A stretch of DNA of 64,000 nucleotides. Source: a virus. A program made the position numbers and the translations under genes. Below are positions 9,253 through 17,225 of this stretch, in pieces; the first letter of the stretch is position 1; each line of letters starts with the position of its first letter. The notes beneath the pieces are model-generated. The model worked only from the letters and a program-made list of their open reading frames with translations, did not search any database and was not told the origin of the DNA. The stretch spans positions 1 to 64,000 of IMG/VR virus record IMGVR_UViG_3300028786_000006. One strand, given 5' to 3'.

Positions 9253-9295
9253 AAAAGAAAGGGGACTCGGCGCAAGCCGAGTCCCCTTTCTGTTT
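9253..9295. terminator. bidirectional terminator
   Basis: GAAAGGGGACTCGGC-GCAA-GCCGAGTCCCCTTTC perfect stem. Confidence 0.85.
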
Positions 9296-9420
9296 GTGTA
9301 AAGTGGCCCCGGTCTGGAAGCCAAACCAACCGGGACCAAACTCTTTCCGTGAGCCGGGCAAGTGTCCGTCTGCCTAGATAATCCCCTTTCCTCTCTCTAG
9401 TACGACCGTTACGGGAATGA
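9253..9420 (-). ncRNA. candidate GGA-loop (RsmY/Z, CsrB-like) sRNA
   Basis: own promoter, no AUG, ACGGA in two hairpin loops, ends at terminator. Confidence 0.5.
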
Positions 9421-9425
9421 ATAGG

Positions 9426-9454
9426 AGTATCGCAGGCATTTGATACAATTGCAA
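9426..9454 (-). promoter_or_regulatory. sigma70 promoter for the candidate sRNA
   Basis: TTGCAA-17-GATACT with TG extended -10. Confidence 0.6.
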
Positions 9455-9471
9455 CCAGCAGATAGTTCGAG

Positions 9472-10200
9472 TTACTTCGACTTGGCGAAAGCCAGGGCGT
9501 CCTTGTACACCTCGTTCCGGCCGGCCTTCTGCCATTGGTCGATGTTCAGAAATAATACCACCTCCCAGACGTTGGCCGGGATCTCAACCAGCTCACTCAT
9601 TACATGGTCGGCCCGGTAGGTTTTCACGCATGGGAGATACAGACCGGTCTGGCTGGCACCCTTGATCAAGTCATACTGCATCCGCAGGCTGGTGCGCGGG
9701 GTGTACTTCTTGGAGGTCTTCAGCTTCAGAAGTTCCAGGAACAGGATGTACCTCAACCGGGGTGGCAGGTAGTGCATGTTCAGGCCGTGAAGCAGCGTCT
9801 TGCCGGCCTTGGACTTGGAAGTGTTGAAGAAGAACGTCACCGGGAATTTATCCCAGTATGGCAGCTTCCCCCCTTCATCGATCGCGTCGTAGTGGTACAG
9901 GTACATGCGCCCAGGTACGATTGCAGACACACCTCTGTGTTTGAACTGCGACGCCTCGAAGAGCTTGTTACGCTGGGCTCGAACGTTAAAGTCCTTTGAC
10001 ACCCGCTTGTAGAACCACTCAGCGCTTTCTCTGGTGTTACGCTGGGCGGTTGCCCCCCGCGCTTCACGGTACTTCCGGATGTAGCGGCGGACGAGGTCTG
10101 GGGTATTTTCAATCTCGCCTTTTGATAGGAGGTCATCCCCTACCACGGCCTTGTCGACCGGAGTACCTTTGGTTTGGACTACAGGTTTTGGAGCAGCCAT
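9472..10200 (-). CDS. gp2: DNA end protector gp2
   Basis: PGRMYLYHYD, LPYWDKFP, GLNMHYLPP. Confidence 0.9.
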   Translation of the reverse strand: MAAPKPVVQTKGTPVDKAVVGDDLLSKGEIENTPDLVRRYIRKYREARGATAQRNTRESAEWFYKRVSKDFNVRAQRNKLFEASQFKHRGVSAIVPGRMYLYHYDAIDEGGKLPYWDKFPVTFFFNTSKSKAGKTLLHGLNMHYLPPRLRYILFLELLKLKTSKKYTPRTSLRMQYDLIKGASQTGLYLPCVKTYRADHVMSELVEIPANVWEVVLFLNIDQWQKAGRNEVYKDALAFAKSK

Positions 10201-10212
10201 TCTCGGCCTCCG

Positions 10213-10236
10213 TAAATATGGTCAGTACGATACTTA
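10213..10236. promoter_or_regulatory. paired late promoters (TAAATA on +, TAAGTA on -)
   Basis: between divergent gp2 and gp54. Confidence 0.6.
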
Positions 10237-10251
10237 TCTTAGGGGCTCATC

Positions 10252-11523
10252 ATGGGCGAAGAACCGTCGTTTTACGACAACATCATGTTTAGCATGCCTG
10301 ACAGTGTGAAGAGCACCGCTGGTAGCATCGGCGCCGGTCTGGATGAGGCCTGGGATGGTGTCAGCGACTACTTCAGCGGCACCCCTGATGGGTTAACCGG
10401 ACCTAACGGCCTGGGGAGCTCTCGAACGCTTACGCCGCTGGACGAGTTCATTGGCCACGTCAAGAAGAACGGTGTCACCCGCCCTAACCGATTTCGCATC
10501 ACCATCCCGTTGCCGACCCACGTGCTTGAAAAGCTTGACCCAGGGGCCGGCGAAGACTCTTCGGCCGGGTTTGTCCAGTCGGCGGTAAAGGTGATCGTGG
10601 GCACTGAGGGTGGGCGCGAAGGTTCAGCTCGAAGCTTGCAGATCATGTGCCAGGTTGCATCGTTCCCCGGTGTCAACGTCGATACCGCAGAACTGAAGGC
10701 CGGCGGCAAACCCAGGAAGATGGCATATGGCTTGTCATACGACAATGCTGATTTCGCCTTCGTGGTCTCGGGTGACATGCGCGAGAAGAAGATCTTCGAC
10801 TATTGGATCAAGACTGTTGTCGACCCAACAACCGCCGCCGTGGGATACTACGACGACTACATTGTCGACATCACCATCGAACAGCTCGATGTATGGGGCA
10901 ACAGCACCCACGGTGTGATCCTTGAGGATGCTTACCCGGTCGTGGTAACCCCGATGGAACTTGACATGGGGTCGGCCAACACCGCTGCGATGCTCAGAAC
11001 CAGCTTCACGTACCGCCGTCAAGTGCCGATGGACAAGGACGTGACAGAGCGTACCGCTTCAGGTTTACCTGGATCGGCCGACCAGTCGTTGTTCGGCCAG
11101 GTCATGGACAACTTCCGCCCGGCCCAGATCATCAAAGACGTTATGAACGGTGACATCAGCGGCGCGGTGAACAAGGCTGCGGATGTCTACATGGACGCAG
11201 TAACGGGTAACTGGGGCGAAGAGCTGACGGGCGTCTACAAGACTGTCAGCGATGTGTCTCGCAAGTTTACGGGCCTGGGCGCCCGCGAGCTGGAAACCAT
11301 CTACGGGGTTGTCAAGGGGGATGTGGCGAAGAACGGTAAGATCGGCCAGGCGGACAAGGCTGAGCTGATGCGAGTGATCACTGGCGTTATGGGTTCCGTC
11401 AAGAAAGTCGGCGGGCCACCAACGGCGCAGTACTCGCAACCGAAGCCATCAACCTTGATTACACAGAGCGCAAAAGACGCGGCGTTGCTACAGCTGGACG
11501 CAGACGAGGGTATCACAACCTAA
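10252..11523 (+). CDS. gp54: baseplate tail tube initiator gp54-like with C-terminal extension
   Basis: RPNRFRITI, CQVASFPG, GYYDDY, DAYP...SFTYR. Confidence 0.8.
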   Translation: MGEEPSFYDNIMFSMPDSVKSTAGSIGAGLDEAWDGVSDYFSGTPDGLTGPNGLGSSRTLTPLDEFIGHVKKNGVTRPNRFRITIPLPTHVLEKLDPGAGEDSSAGFVQSAVKVIVGTEGGREGSARSLQIMCQVASFPGVNVDTAELKAGGKPRKMAYGLSYDNADFAFVVSGDMREKKIFDYWIKTVVDPTTAAVGYYDDYIVDITIEQLDVWGNSTHGVILEDAYPVVVTPMELDMGSANTAAMLRTSFTYRRQVPMDKDVTERTASGLPGSADQSLFGQVMDNFRPAQIIKDVMNGDISGAVNKAADVYMDAVTGNWGEELTGVYKTVSDVSRKFTGLGARELETIYGVVKGDVAKNGKIGQADKAELMRVITGVMGSVKKVGGPPTAQYSQPKPSTLITQSAKDAALLQLDADEGITT

Positions 11524-11525
11524 CG

Positions 11526-11561
11526 AAAAGGGGAGCCAGCGCAAGCCGGCTCCCCTTTTTT
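11526..11561. terminator. bidirectional terminator
   Basis: AAAAGGGGAGCCAGC-GCAA-GCCGGCTCCCCTTTT. Confidence 0.85.
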
Positions 11562-11569
11562 ATTCATGG

Positions 11570-11776
11570 CTATTCCGGGAGGATTAGTTCAAGAAAATCA
11601 AGATCGAACACTTCCATGAACTTGAACATGTCAAACACTTTGCCGGACATATCAGGTTTGGATGGGTGGGTGTCGATGCGGACGCCTTTCATCTGGCGGT
11701 TGATCGTGAGTGTAGCGCCGGCTTCTTCGCCGGCGGTGACGCGGTATTGGCGGACGTGTGGTTTAGAACCAGCCAT
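11570..11776 (-). CDS. hypothetical protein
   Basis: ATG with SD-like GGAAG; ends just before terminator. Confidence 0.55.
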   Translation of the reverse strand: MAGSKPHVRQYRVTAGEEAGATLTINRQMKGVRIDTHPSKPDMSGKVFDMFKFMEVFDLDFLELILPE

Positions 11777-11796
11777 TCGGACTTCCGATTGAACCC

Positions 11797-11931
11797 CTAT
11801 TGTTTGGGGTCTGTTGATTGGGCGGTATCACCGAGGGGTGTCGACTGGGCCTGCTTCTCAACGTACGCGCTGAGAGCGATAAGGAGAATCAGGACTGCTG
11901 CCAACATGAAGCCGAAACGCTTGAATCTCAT
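11797..11931 (-). CDS. small signal-anchored protein (44 aa)
   Basis: GAGGA SD; MRFKRFGFMLAAVLILLIALSAY. Confidence 0.6.
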   Translation of the reverse strand: MRFKRFGFMLAAVLILLIALSAYVEKQAQSTPLGDTAQSTDPKQ

Positions 11932-12006
11932 AACGGTGTTCCTCGGGAACGTTGTAGGACGATAGGGGCGCCAAGATCATCAACATATAGCCGGTCGCCG
12001 TTGTCT

Positions 12007-12055
12007 ATCGTACTGCGGCCGGGCGTTTGAACACAAGCTCTAACGCCCGGCCGCA
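12007..12055 (-). promoter_or_regulatory. 14-bp perfect inverted repeat enclosing a putative -35
   Basis: arms 12014-12027 and 12042-12055; TTGTGT-18-TACGAT. Confidence 0.5.
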
Positions 12056-12058
12056 AGT

Positions 12059-13939
12059 TCAAGCGACCGCTTCGAGAATACTACACCCTTCGAGCCAGAC
12101 CTTACGGTCGTCGGCGCGCTTGGGGTTGAACGCCAGGTCAATGGCCTCTACATCTTCCGGGGTGTCGACGGTCATGGTGTCCCAGTATTTCGGGTCACGC
12201 AGGTAGCGGCGGAAGTCGTCGAGTTCGTTAGAGCCCAGGCCCTTGAGGTATGTGTGGGTGTGCTTGGCGCCCTTGCGAGCCCAGGCCTCGTAATCTTCAA
12301 CGCTGAAGAACTCGAGGAATTCGCCCTTGGTCGGCACCACCTTGAAGACCGGGGTGCTCAGAAACTTGAGCCGACCCTGTAGAACAAACTCTGGCCAGAA
12401 GACCCAGAAGAAGCAAGTCATCAACCCCCGGATGTGGGCACCATCCTTGTCCGCGTCGGTCGCAACCAGCACGGTGCCATAGCGCAAGTCTTCGGCGTGG
12501 TACTTCTTACCGACGGCCAGACCCAGGATCTTGCAGATGTTGATGACTTCAACGTTCTTGACGATCTTGGCCAGCTCGTTGCCCAGGGCGCTGATACTTG
12601 CCCCTCGCATCGGGAACACGCCGTGGAGGTTGGTGTCTCGGGTTGAGATAATCGGGTTGGCCGCCGAGTCGCCTTCCGCCAGGATCAGGATCTTCTCTTC
12701 GGGGTTGGTACTGTTGGCCGGCTCGTACTTGACAATCTCAAACAGCTCGTTCTTGGCAGACTTGGCCTTCTCCCGCGCCTCGGCCAGCAGGTCAGCTTTG
12801 GCCTTGCGCTCAGCCCACTCGATAATGTCTTTGACGATGTCGGTGGTCAGCAACTTCTTGATGAACTTCTCGCTCACCTTGTACGGGGCGCCGTACGAGC
12901 TGACCGGGGTGATCAGGTTGTCTTTGGTCTGGCTGTTGTACCGGGGGTTGTTGACGGTGCAGTCCAGGAACAGGCGCAGGTGGTTGCGGATTTCGCTCGG
13001 ACTCAGGGTCTGCTTGGTCTTCTTCGCGATGTGGCCTCGAATGCCCGCTATGATCTGGTCAATGACGTACACCACATGTGTACCACCGTTGTACGTGGAC
13101 GTCGAGTTGACGAAGGAGAAGTGCTCGAAGCCCAGGTTGTTGGACGCCTTTGCGATACCCACGCGCCAGTTAGGCGTCGACTCGAAGACATACTCGCTGG
13201 TGAACGCCTTGATGTAGTCTTCGAACGAGCGGATTGCCAGGCGGGTGCCGTTGAAGAACACCTCCAAATGCGGGGCCGTGGCCGCCATTTCGTAGACCCG
13301 GCGCTCGATCAGCTTGACAAATGCGCGGTCGAAATCGAAGTTCAGGGCTTCCTGGTCAGGCAGATACGTGATGCGGGTGTACTTGAGGGGGCAAGCGCTG
13401 ATGACCGCTTCGGACTTCTTGTGCATGTTGTCGGAGAAGGTCATCTCAAACCGCTTCTTGCCGTCAGCCGTCTCAACCTTGAATTCAGTAGAGAAGATGT
13501 TGGTCAGCGCGGCACCCTCGCCGTTTTGGCCGGCGGACTCGGAATCGGCCTCGTCGTCGAAGTTGGTGCCCGCCCGTACCCGACCCAGCAGAATCTCGGG
13601 GACCCAGGTCTTGTATTCGGGGTGCTTGAGGACAGGGATACCGCCGTCGTCATACACAGATATGGAACCCAACATCGCATTCACGTCAACCCGGATGGTC
13701 TTCATGTGCTTACCCTCGGGTGTGAGGGAGAAGTCGCGGCTGTTGGTGATAATTTCGTCAAAGATTTTGAGGGTCGCCGGGACGAAGGTGACTTCCTCGC
13801 GCACAGCCTTGCCGTCGGTCAGCAGGTATTGCTGACTCGGCTCCGGTGTGGTGGAACCGACGTAACGCGCCGGGCGCTTGAGAATGTGCTCGACCTCGGT
13901 GAGAATCTTGACTTTCCCGAGGTAATTGGCTGCGGACAT
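12059..13939 (-). CDS. gp39: type II DNA topoisomerase large subunit (gp39+gp60 fused)
   Basis: EHILKRP..YVGS, FDEIITNS.D, GQNGEGA, EGDSA, TDADKDGAHI, YLKGLGS. Confidence 0.95.
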   Translation of the reverse strand: MSAANYLGKVKILTEVEHILKRPARYVGSTTPEPSQQYLLTDGKAVREEVTFVPATLKIFDEIITNSRDFSLTPEGKHMKTIRVDVNAMLGSISVYDDGGIPVLKHPEYKTWVPEILLGRVRAGTNFDDEADSESAGQNGEGAALTNIFSTEFKVETADGKKRFEMTFSDNMHKKSEAVISACPLKYTRITYLPDQEALNFDFDRAFVKLIERRVYEMAATAPHLEVFFNGTRLAIRSFEDYIKAFTSEYVFESTPNWRVGIAKASNNLGFEHFSFVNSTSTYNGGTHVVYVIDQIIAGIRGHIAKKTKQTLSPSEIRNHLRLFLDCTVNNPRYNSQTKDNLITPVSSYGAPYKVSEKFIKKLLTTDIVKDIIEWAERKAKADLLAEAREKAKSAKNELFEIVKYEPANSTNPEEKILILAEGDSAANPIISTRDTNLHGVFPMRGASISALGNELAKIVKNVEVINICKILGLAVGKKYHAEDLRYGTVLVATDADKDGAHIRGLMTCFFWVFWPEFVLQGRLKFLSTPVFKVVPTKGEFLEFFSVEDYEAWARKGAKHTHTYLKGLGSNELDDFRRYLRDPKYWDTMTVDTPEDVEAIDLAFNPKRADDRKVWLEGCSILEAVA

Positions 13940-14004
13940 GGGGGCTCCTGTCTTGAATTGAACGCCCCAGCATTATACCGGGGCTTGAGGCGTTGGGGTA
14001 GTGT

Positions 14005-14457
14005 TTAGCAGTCAGCCTTGGCTAACATGATGTCCCCAGGGGCGGTACACTCCCACATACCCCAGCCCCACTCGAACTCAGGGTCGGTCGCAGGTTCATT
14101 GAACCATTCCCACCGTTCTTCCATGTACTGGGCGTAGAGGTTGCGGGCACCGGTTTCTTCTTTCCACCAGGCAGGGGCTTCCGGGAATTGGTCGTACATG
14201 GTGTTGATGAACTCTTCCACCAGGGCCTTGTCTTCCATCACGATAGTGACGTCGTTATACCCCACATTATGCAGGTTCAACGCGTTGGCGTAGTTGTGGC
14301 CCATTACGCTGGCAACGATTTCGCGAGTTTTCTCAAAGGCCACTTTAATGTCGGCACTCTTGAGGCTACATTTGAAATCGACGAGGGTATCAACACAGAC
14401 GTACACGTGGTACACTTCTCGGATTTCGCCTTGCTTGTGTGTTGGACGTGGGAACAT
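14005..14457 (-). CDS. hypothetical early protein (paralogue family)
   Basis: ALNLHNVGYNDVTIVMED; CACTGAGG SD. Confidence 0.7.
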   Translation of the reverse strand: MFPRPTHKQGEIREVYHVYVCVDTLVDFKCSLKSADIKVAFEKTREIVASVMGHNYANALNLHNVGYNDVTIVMEDKALVEEFINTMYDQFPEAPAWWKEETGARNLYAQYMEERWEWFNEPATDPEFEWGWGMWECTAPGDIMLAKADC

Positions 14458-14500
14458 GATTCAGCCCTCAGTGGCTTGGTTGGTGTGGGCGTATTATGGC

Positions 14501-14887
14501 CTAAAAGATTGAACCACGCAACTGGCTCGGGTAAATTATTTCAAGATCGGAACGGCCTTCCGGTATCCATGCCAATTCCTTGGTGTCGTTGTAGCCAACC
14601 TTCTCTCTGGTCGAGGTTGCGAACGACGGGTAACCGTAGGCGGAGAGCCACTCCCGGCTGGCCATCAGTTTAGCAGCAAACATGTCAACCAGGTCGCGGG
14701 CTTCCAGCTCATCGTGTACTGCAATGATCACCAGGCCGTCGCAGACGATGACTTCGACATTGTACGGGCTGACGTTGGTATAGTCGCTCACCAGGGCGGT
14801 AACGCTCTGCGGGGCCTTCTCCGGGTTACCCCCGAGGGCCGCCAAATCTGTGTGGATGTACCAACGTTCTCGCCTGTAGCTGTCCAT
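14501..14887 (-). CDS. hypothetical early protein (divergent paralogue)
   Basis: GGAGG SD; WYIH...VIIAVHDELEARDLV. Confidence 0.7.
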   Translation of the reverse strand: MDSYRRERWYIHTDLAALGGNPEKAPQSVTALVSDYTNVSPYNVEVIVCDGLVIIAVHDELEARDLVDMFAAKLMASREWLSAYGYPSFATSTREKVGYNDTKELAWIPEGRSDLEIIYPSQLRGSIF

Positions 14888-14911
14888 GTCAACCTCCCAA
14901 ATTAGACCTGA

Positions 14912-14946
14912 AGTATAACCCCAGAACTCAGGAAGTAAACTCTGGG
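14912..14946 (-). promoter_or_regulatory. early promoter
   Basis: GTTTAC-17-TATACT flanked by CCCAGA/TCTGGG arms. Confidence 0.7.
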
Positions 14947-15012
14947 CAATAAAAAGGCGGCCCGGTTACCCGGCGCCGCCCTTTATTCAGAACCCCTCGT
15001 ATTCCTCGCGTT

Positions 15013-15336
15013 TCATTTCCGCAACCTCACGGATTGACCGCTAACTGAGCTCTCGACGGTGACAGAACCGTACTTGCCCATGCATTCGCGAACCGCACCA
15101 CAAAGCTCTGGCGCGTCGCTGATGAAACGATCCCACCGGGAATACTTCTTCTTCCCCTTGCGGATGTTCCGATAGATGTTGTCTGGAACGGTGTAGTGAG
15201 GGTGGTTACCCTTCATCACGCGCTTGTAGCCGCCGGCCTCGGGTTGGGCGATAGAAGCACCCACGTCATTGCTGGGCTCCCCTTCCTCGTCGATGCGGTG
15301 GCGGTAGTTCTTCAGAAAGTCTCCGAAGTCGGCCAT
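15013..15336 (-). CDS. conserved T4-like hypothetical protein
   Basis: GAGGA SD; RKGKKKYSRW; terminator at ~14951-14986. Confidence 0.65.
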   Translation of the reverse strand: MADFGDFLKNYRHRIDEEGEPSNDVGASIAQPEAGGYKRVMKGNHPHYTVPDNIYRNIRKGKKKYSRWDRFISDAPELCGAVRECMGKYGSVTVESSVSGQSVRLRK

Positions 15337-15361
15337 TGTGTTGTCCTCGTGAAATTTCTAC

Positions 15362-15745
15362 TTACCTGCTGGCCAGGTTACCCTCGATCAGCCGGTAAAA
15401 CCTTACGCATGGAGTGAGTTTCTTGAACTCTTCGCTCCCAACATACCGGCCGGTGGCGATGAGTAACGCTTTCAGCTGGCGGTGGAGCTTCTTGTCGACC
15501 TTGAAAGCCAGCAAGCGGGTGGCCGCGATAGTACCGAACACATTGAACACGATGACCACGCAGTTAATCATCAACAGCAGGTTGGTCGTGTCTTTCTCGT
15601 CGACAGCTTCCTTCAGACACCGGTTGATCCTCGACAGGACGTTAACGTCGCGGACGAACTCCTCTCGGGAAGACCCGGCAACAAACTGATAGTTGTCGAG
15701 GGCATAGCTGGTGAAGTTGGCTTGGGTAAGGACCATCGGTCGCAA
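15362..15745 (-). CDS. conserved T4-like hypothetical protein
   Basis: LTQANF..YA..NY...EEF..D, IN..VIVFNVFG pattern recalled from T4-like phages. Confidence 0.65.
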   Translation of the reverse strand: MRPMVLTQANFTSYALDNYQFVAGSSREEFVRDVNVLSRINRCLKEAVDEKDTTNLLLMINCVVIVFNVFGTIAATRLLAFKVDKKLHRQLKALLIATGRYVGSEEFKKLTPCVRFYRLIEGNLASR

Positions 15746-15816
15746 TCCTGAGACTTTCAGATGCTATACCTTAGCCAAAAAGAAAGCCGGCTACCCGAAG
15801 GCGGCCGGCTTTGGTA

Positions 15817-16329
15817 TTACGCTTCTGATGCCGGAGCAACCTGGGCGTCCATGATCTTGTCGATCAGTTTGGCTTTGGTGGTGTCCTTGACCTTGAACTT
15901 CTCGCCGATAACGCGCAATTCGTCCATTTTCAGGGCGTCCAGACCTTCGTGAGTGAAGAGAGGGGCGCTCTCGTCTCCCGAAGTGCCGTTTCCGGCGTTG
16001 TCTTCCTTGTCGCCTTCGGTAATGACAACCGGGACAACGGGCGCTGGAGGCGCTACGACAGGCGGGGCTTCAACAACAGGTGGTACGATCACCACTGGCG
16101 GCTCAACTACGACCGGCTGCGGAATCACAATCGGCTCGACAACCGCAACTGGGGCGGATTGGCGATCGAGGGCTTCCTTCAGGTCTGGGTACGAAACCAG
16201 GATTTCAGAATAGCCGCCTGGCTGGATCACTTCCCAACCGCGATGGGTGGCAAAGGGTTCGCCGTAGGAGACCTGGGGTTTTGGGGGGAGGTTCAATTCT
16301 TCGCGTCGTTCAGACATGGGTTCTCTCAT
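15817..16329 (-). CDS. Pro/Val-rich protein with C-terminal HeH/Rho-N-like motif
   Basis: PVV repeats; LDALKMDELRVIG...KAKLIDKI. Confidence 0.65.
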   Translation of the reverse strand: MREPMSERREELNLPPKPQVSYGEPFATHRGWEVIQPGGYSEILVSYPDLKEALDRQSAPVAVVEPIVIPQPVVVEPPVVIVPPVVEAPPVVAPPAPVVPVVITEGDKEDNAGNGTSGDESAPLFTHEGLDALKMDELRVIGEKFKVKDTTKAKLIDKIMDAQVAPASEA

Positions 16330-16634
16330 TGGTTCTCGTATACCAGATACACCGCAAACCCGAAGTCTTTAGCCTTCGTGTCGTCGCGGCACTCTGAATG
16401 TACGAAGGCGATCACATCCTGAACGGATACGTCGCCGGCACGGGTGAATGTATTGGTCACGTGATATGTCGCATCACGCTTCAGCAGCCAGGTGTCGACT
16501 TCGATCCGAGCAAAGTTGGGGTCGAAGTCGAGCATGTCCTCGCTAGTGAAGACCGGTACGTTGGATCGTTTGACGCTGTATGTGTAGTTCGCAACCGCTA
16601 CGCGAACAACTCTGGTGTGATTGACTACTGGCAT
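16326..16634 (-). CDS. hypothetical protein
   Basis: coupled to the next gene; SD. Confidence 0.55.
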   Translation of the reverse strand: MPVVNHTRVVRVAVANYTYSVKRSNVPVFTSEDMLDFDPNFARIEVDTWLLKRDATYHVTNTFTRAGDVSVQDVIAFVHSECRDDTKAKDFGFAVYLVYENQ

Positions 16635-16685
16635 CGGGGGTTCCCCTTCCTAGCTTGGCCACTCCATTGTTACATAGCGCCGGGA

Positions 16686-17216
16686 TCACTCCACAGTGAC
16701 GTGGGTAGTGTGCGCCCAGGCATTAGCGTGTACGGCGGTCATGTCGTCGAAATCAGCCTTCAGCATGATCTGCATTGCAGGCGGCGGGCCGCCATCTGCG
16801 TAGTGTATCAGCTGAAGTACGCGCAGACGTTTCGGGAATTGGTGGACCGAGATGGCACCGTAGAAACCGTACTTGTCTGCGGCCACGCCCTGGAGGGTCA
16901 AGCCCTCCGAACGTAACACGGCGACGTCGTCGAACTGGAACCCGCCGAGGTCCGGCAATTCATCACCGAACGGCTCAAACACCTCATATGGGCCTTCCCC
17001 AAGTTCAAGGACCGCCCGGCGCGCAAGGACAGCCATGGCAAGCATGAAGGTCTTGAGTTCGTCGGGGTGGTCGATGATAATACACGACTCATTGGCCTGG
17101 GCCACTTTACCCAGGTGGCGGTACAGCTTTTGATACCAGTCGTCGTTAGACCCTGGCTCGGCTGGGACCAGGTGGTCGATTGGGTTGAGGTAGGCCGAAA
17201 TGGGCTGAGTGTGCAC
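16686..17216 (-). CDS. hypothetical protein
   Basis: AGGAG SD just after the ligase stop. Confidence 0.65.
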   Translation of the reverse strand: MHTQPISAYLNPIDHLVPAEPGSNDDWYQKLYRHLGKVAQANESCIIIDHPDELKTFMLAMAVLARRAVLELGEGPYEVFEPFGDELPDLGGFQFDDVAVLRSEGLTLQGVAADKYGFYGAISVHQFPKRLRVLQLIHYADGGPPPAMQIMLKADFDDMTAVHANAWAHTTHVTVE

Positions 17217-17225
17217 GTGTTGCTC

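Noticed and set aside
8637-9339. ORFs 8637..9329 and 8995..9339 on the - strand
   Set aside because: TTG starts, antisense to gp4, and both cross a strong terminator
12059-13939. T4 gene 60-type translational bypass
   Set aside because: ATPase and TOPRIM parts form one uninterrupted ORF
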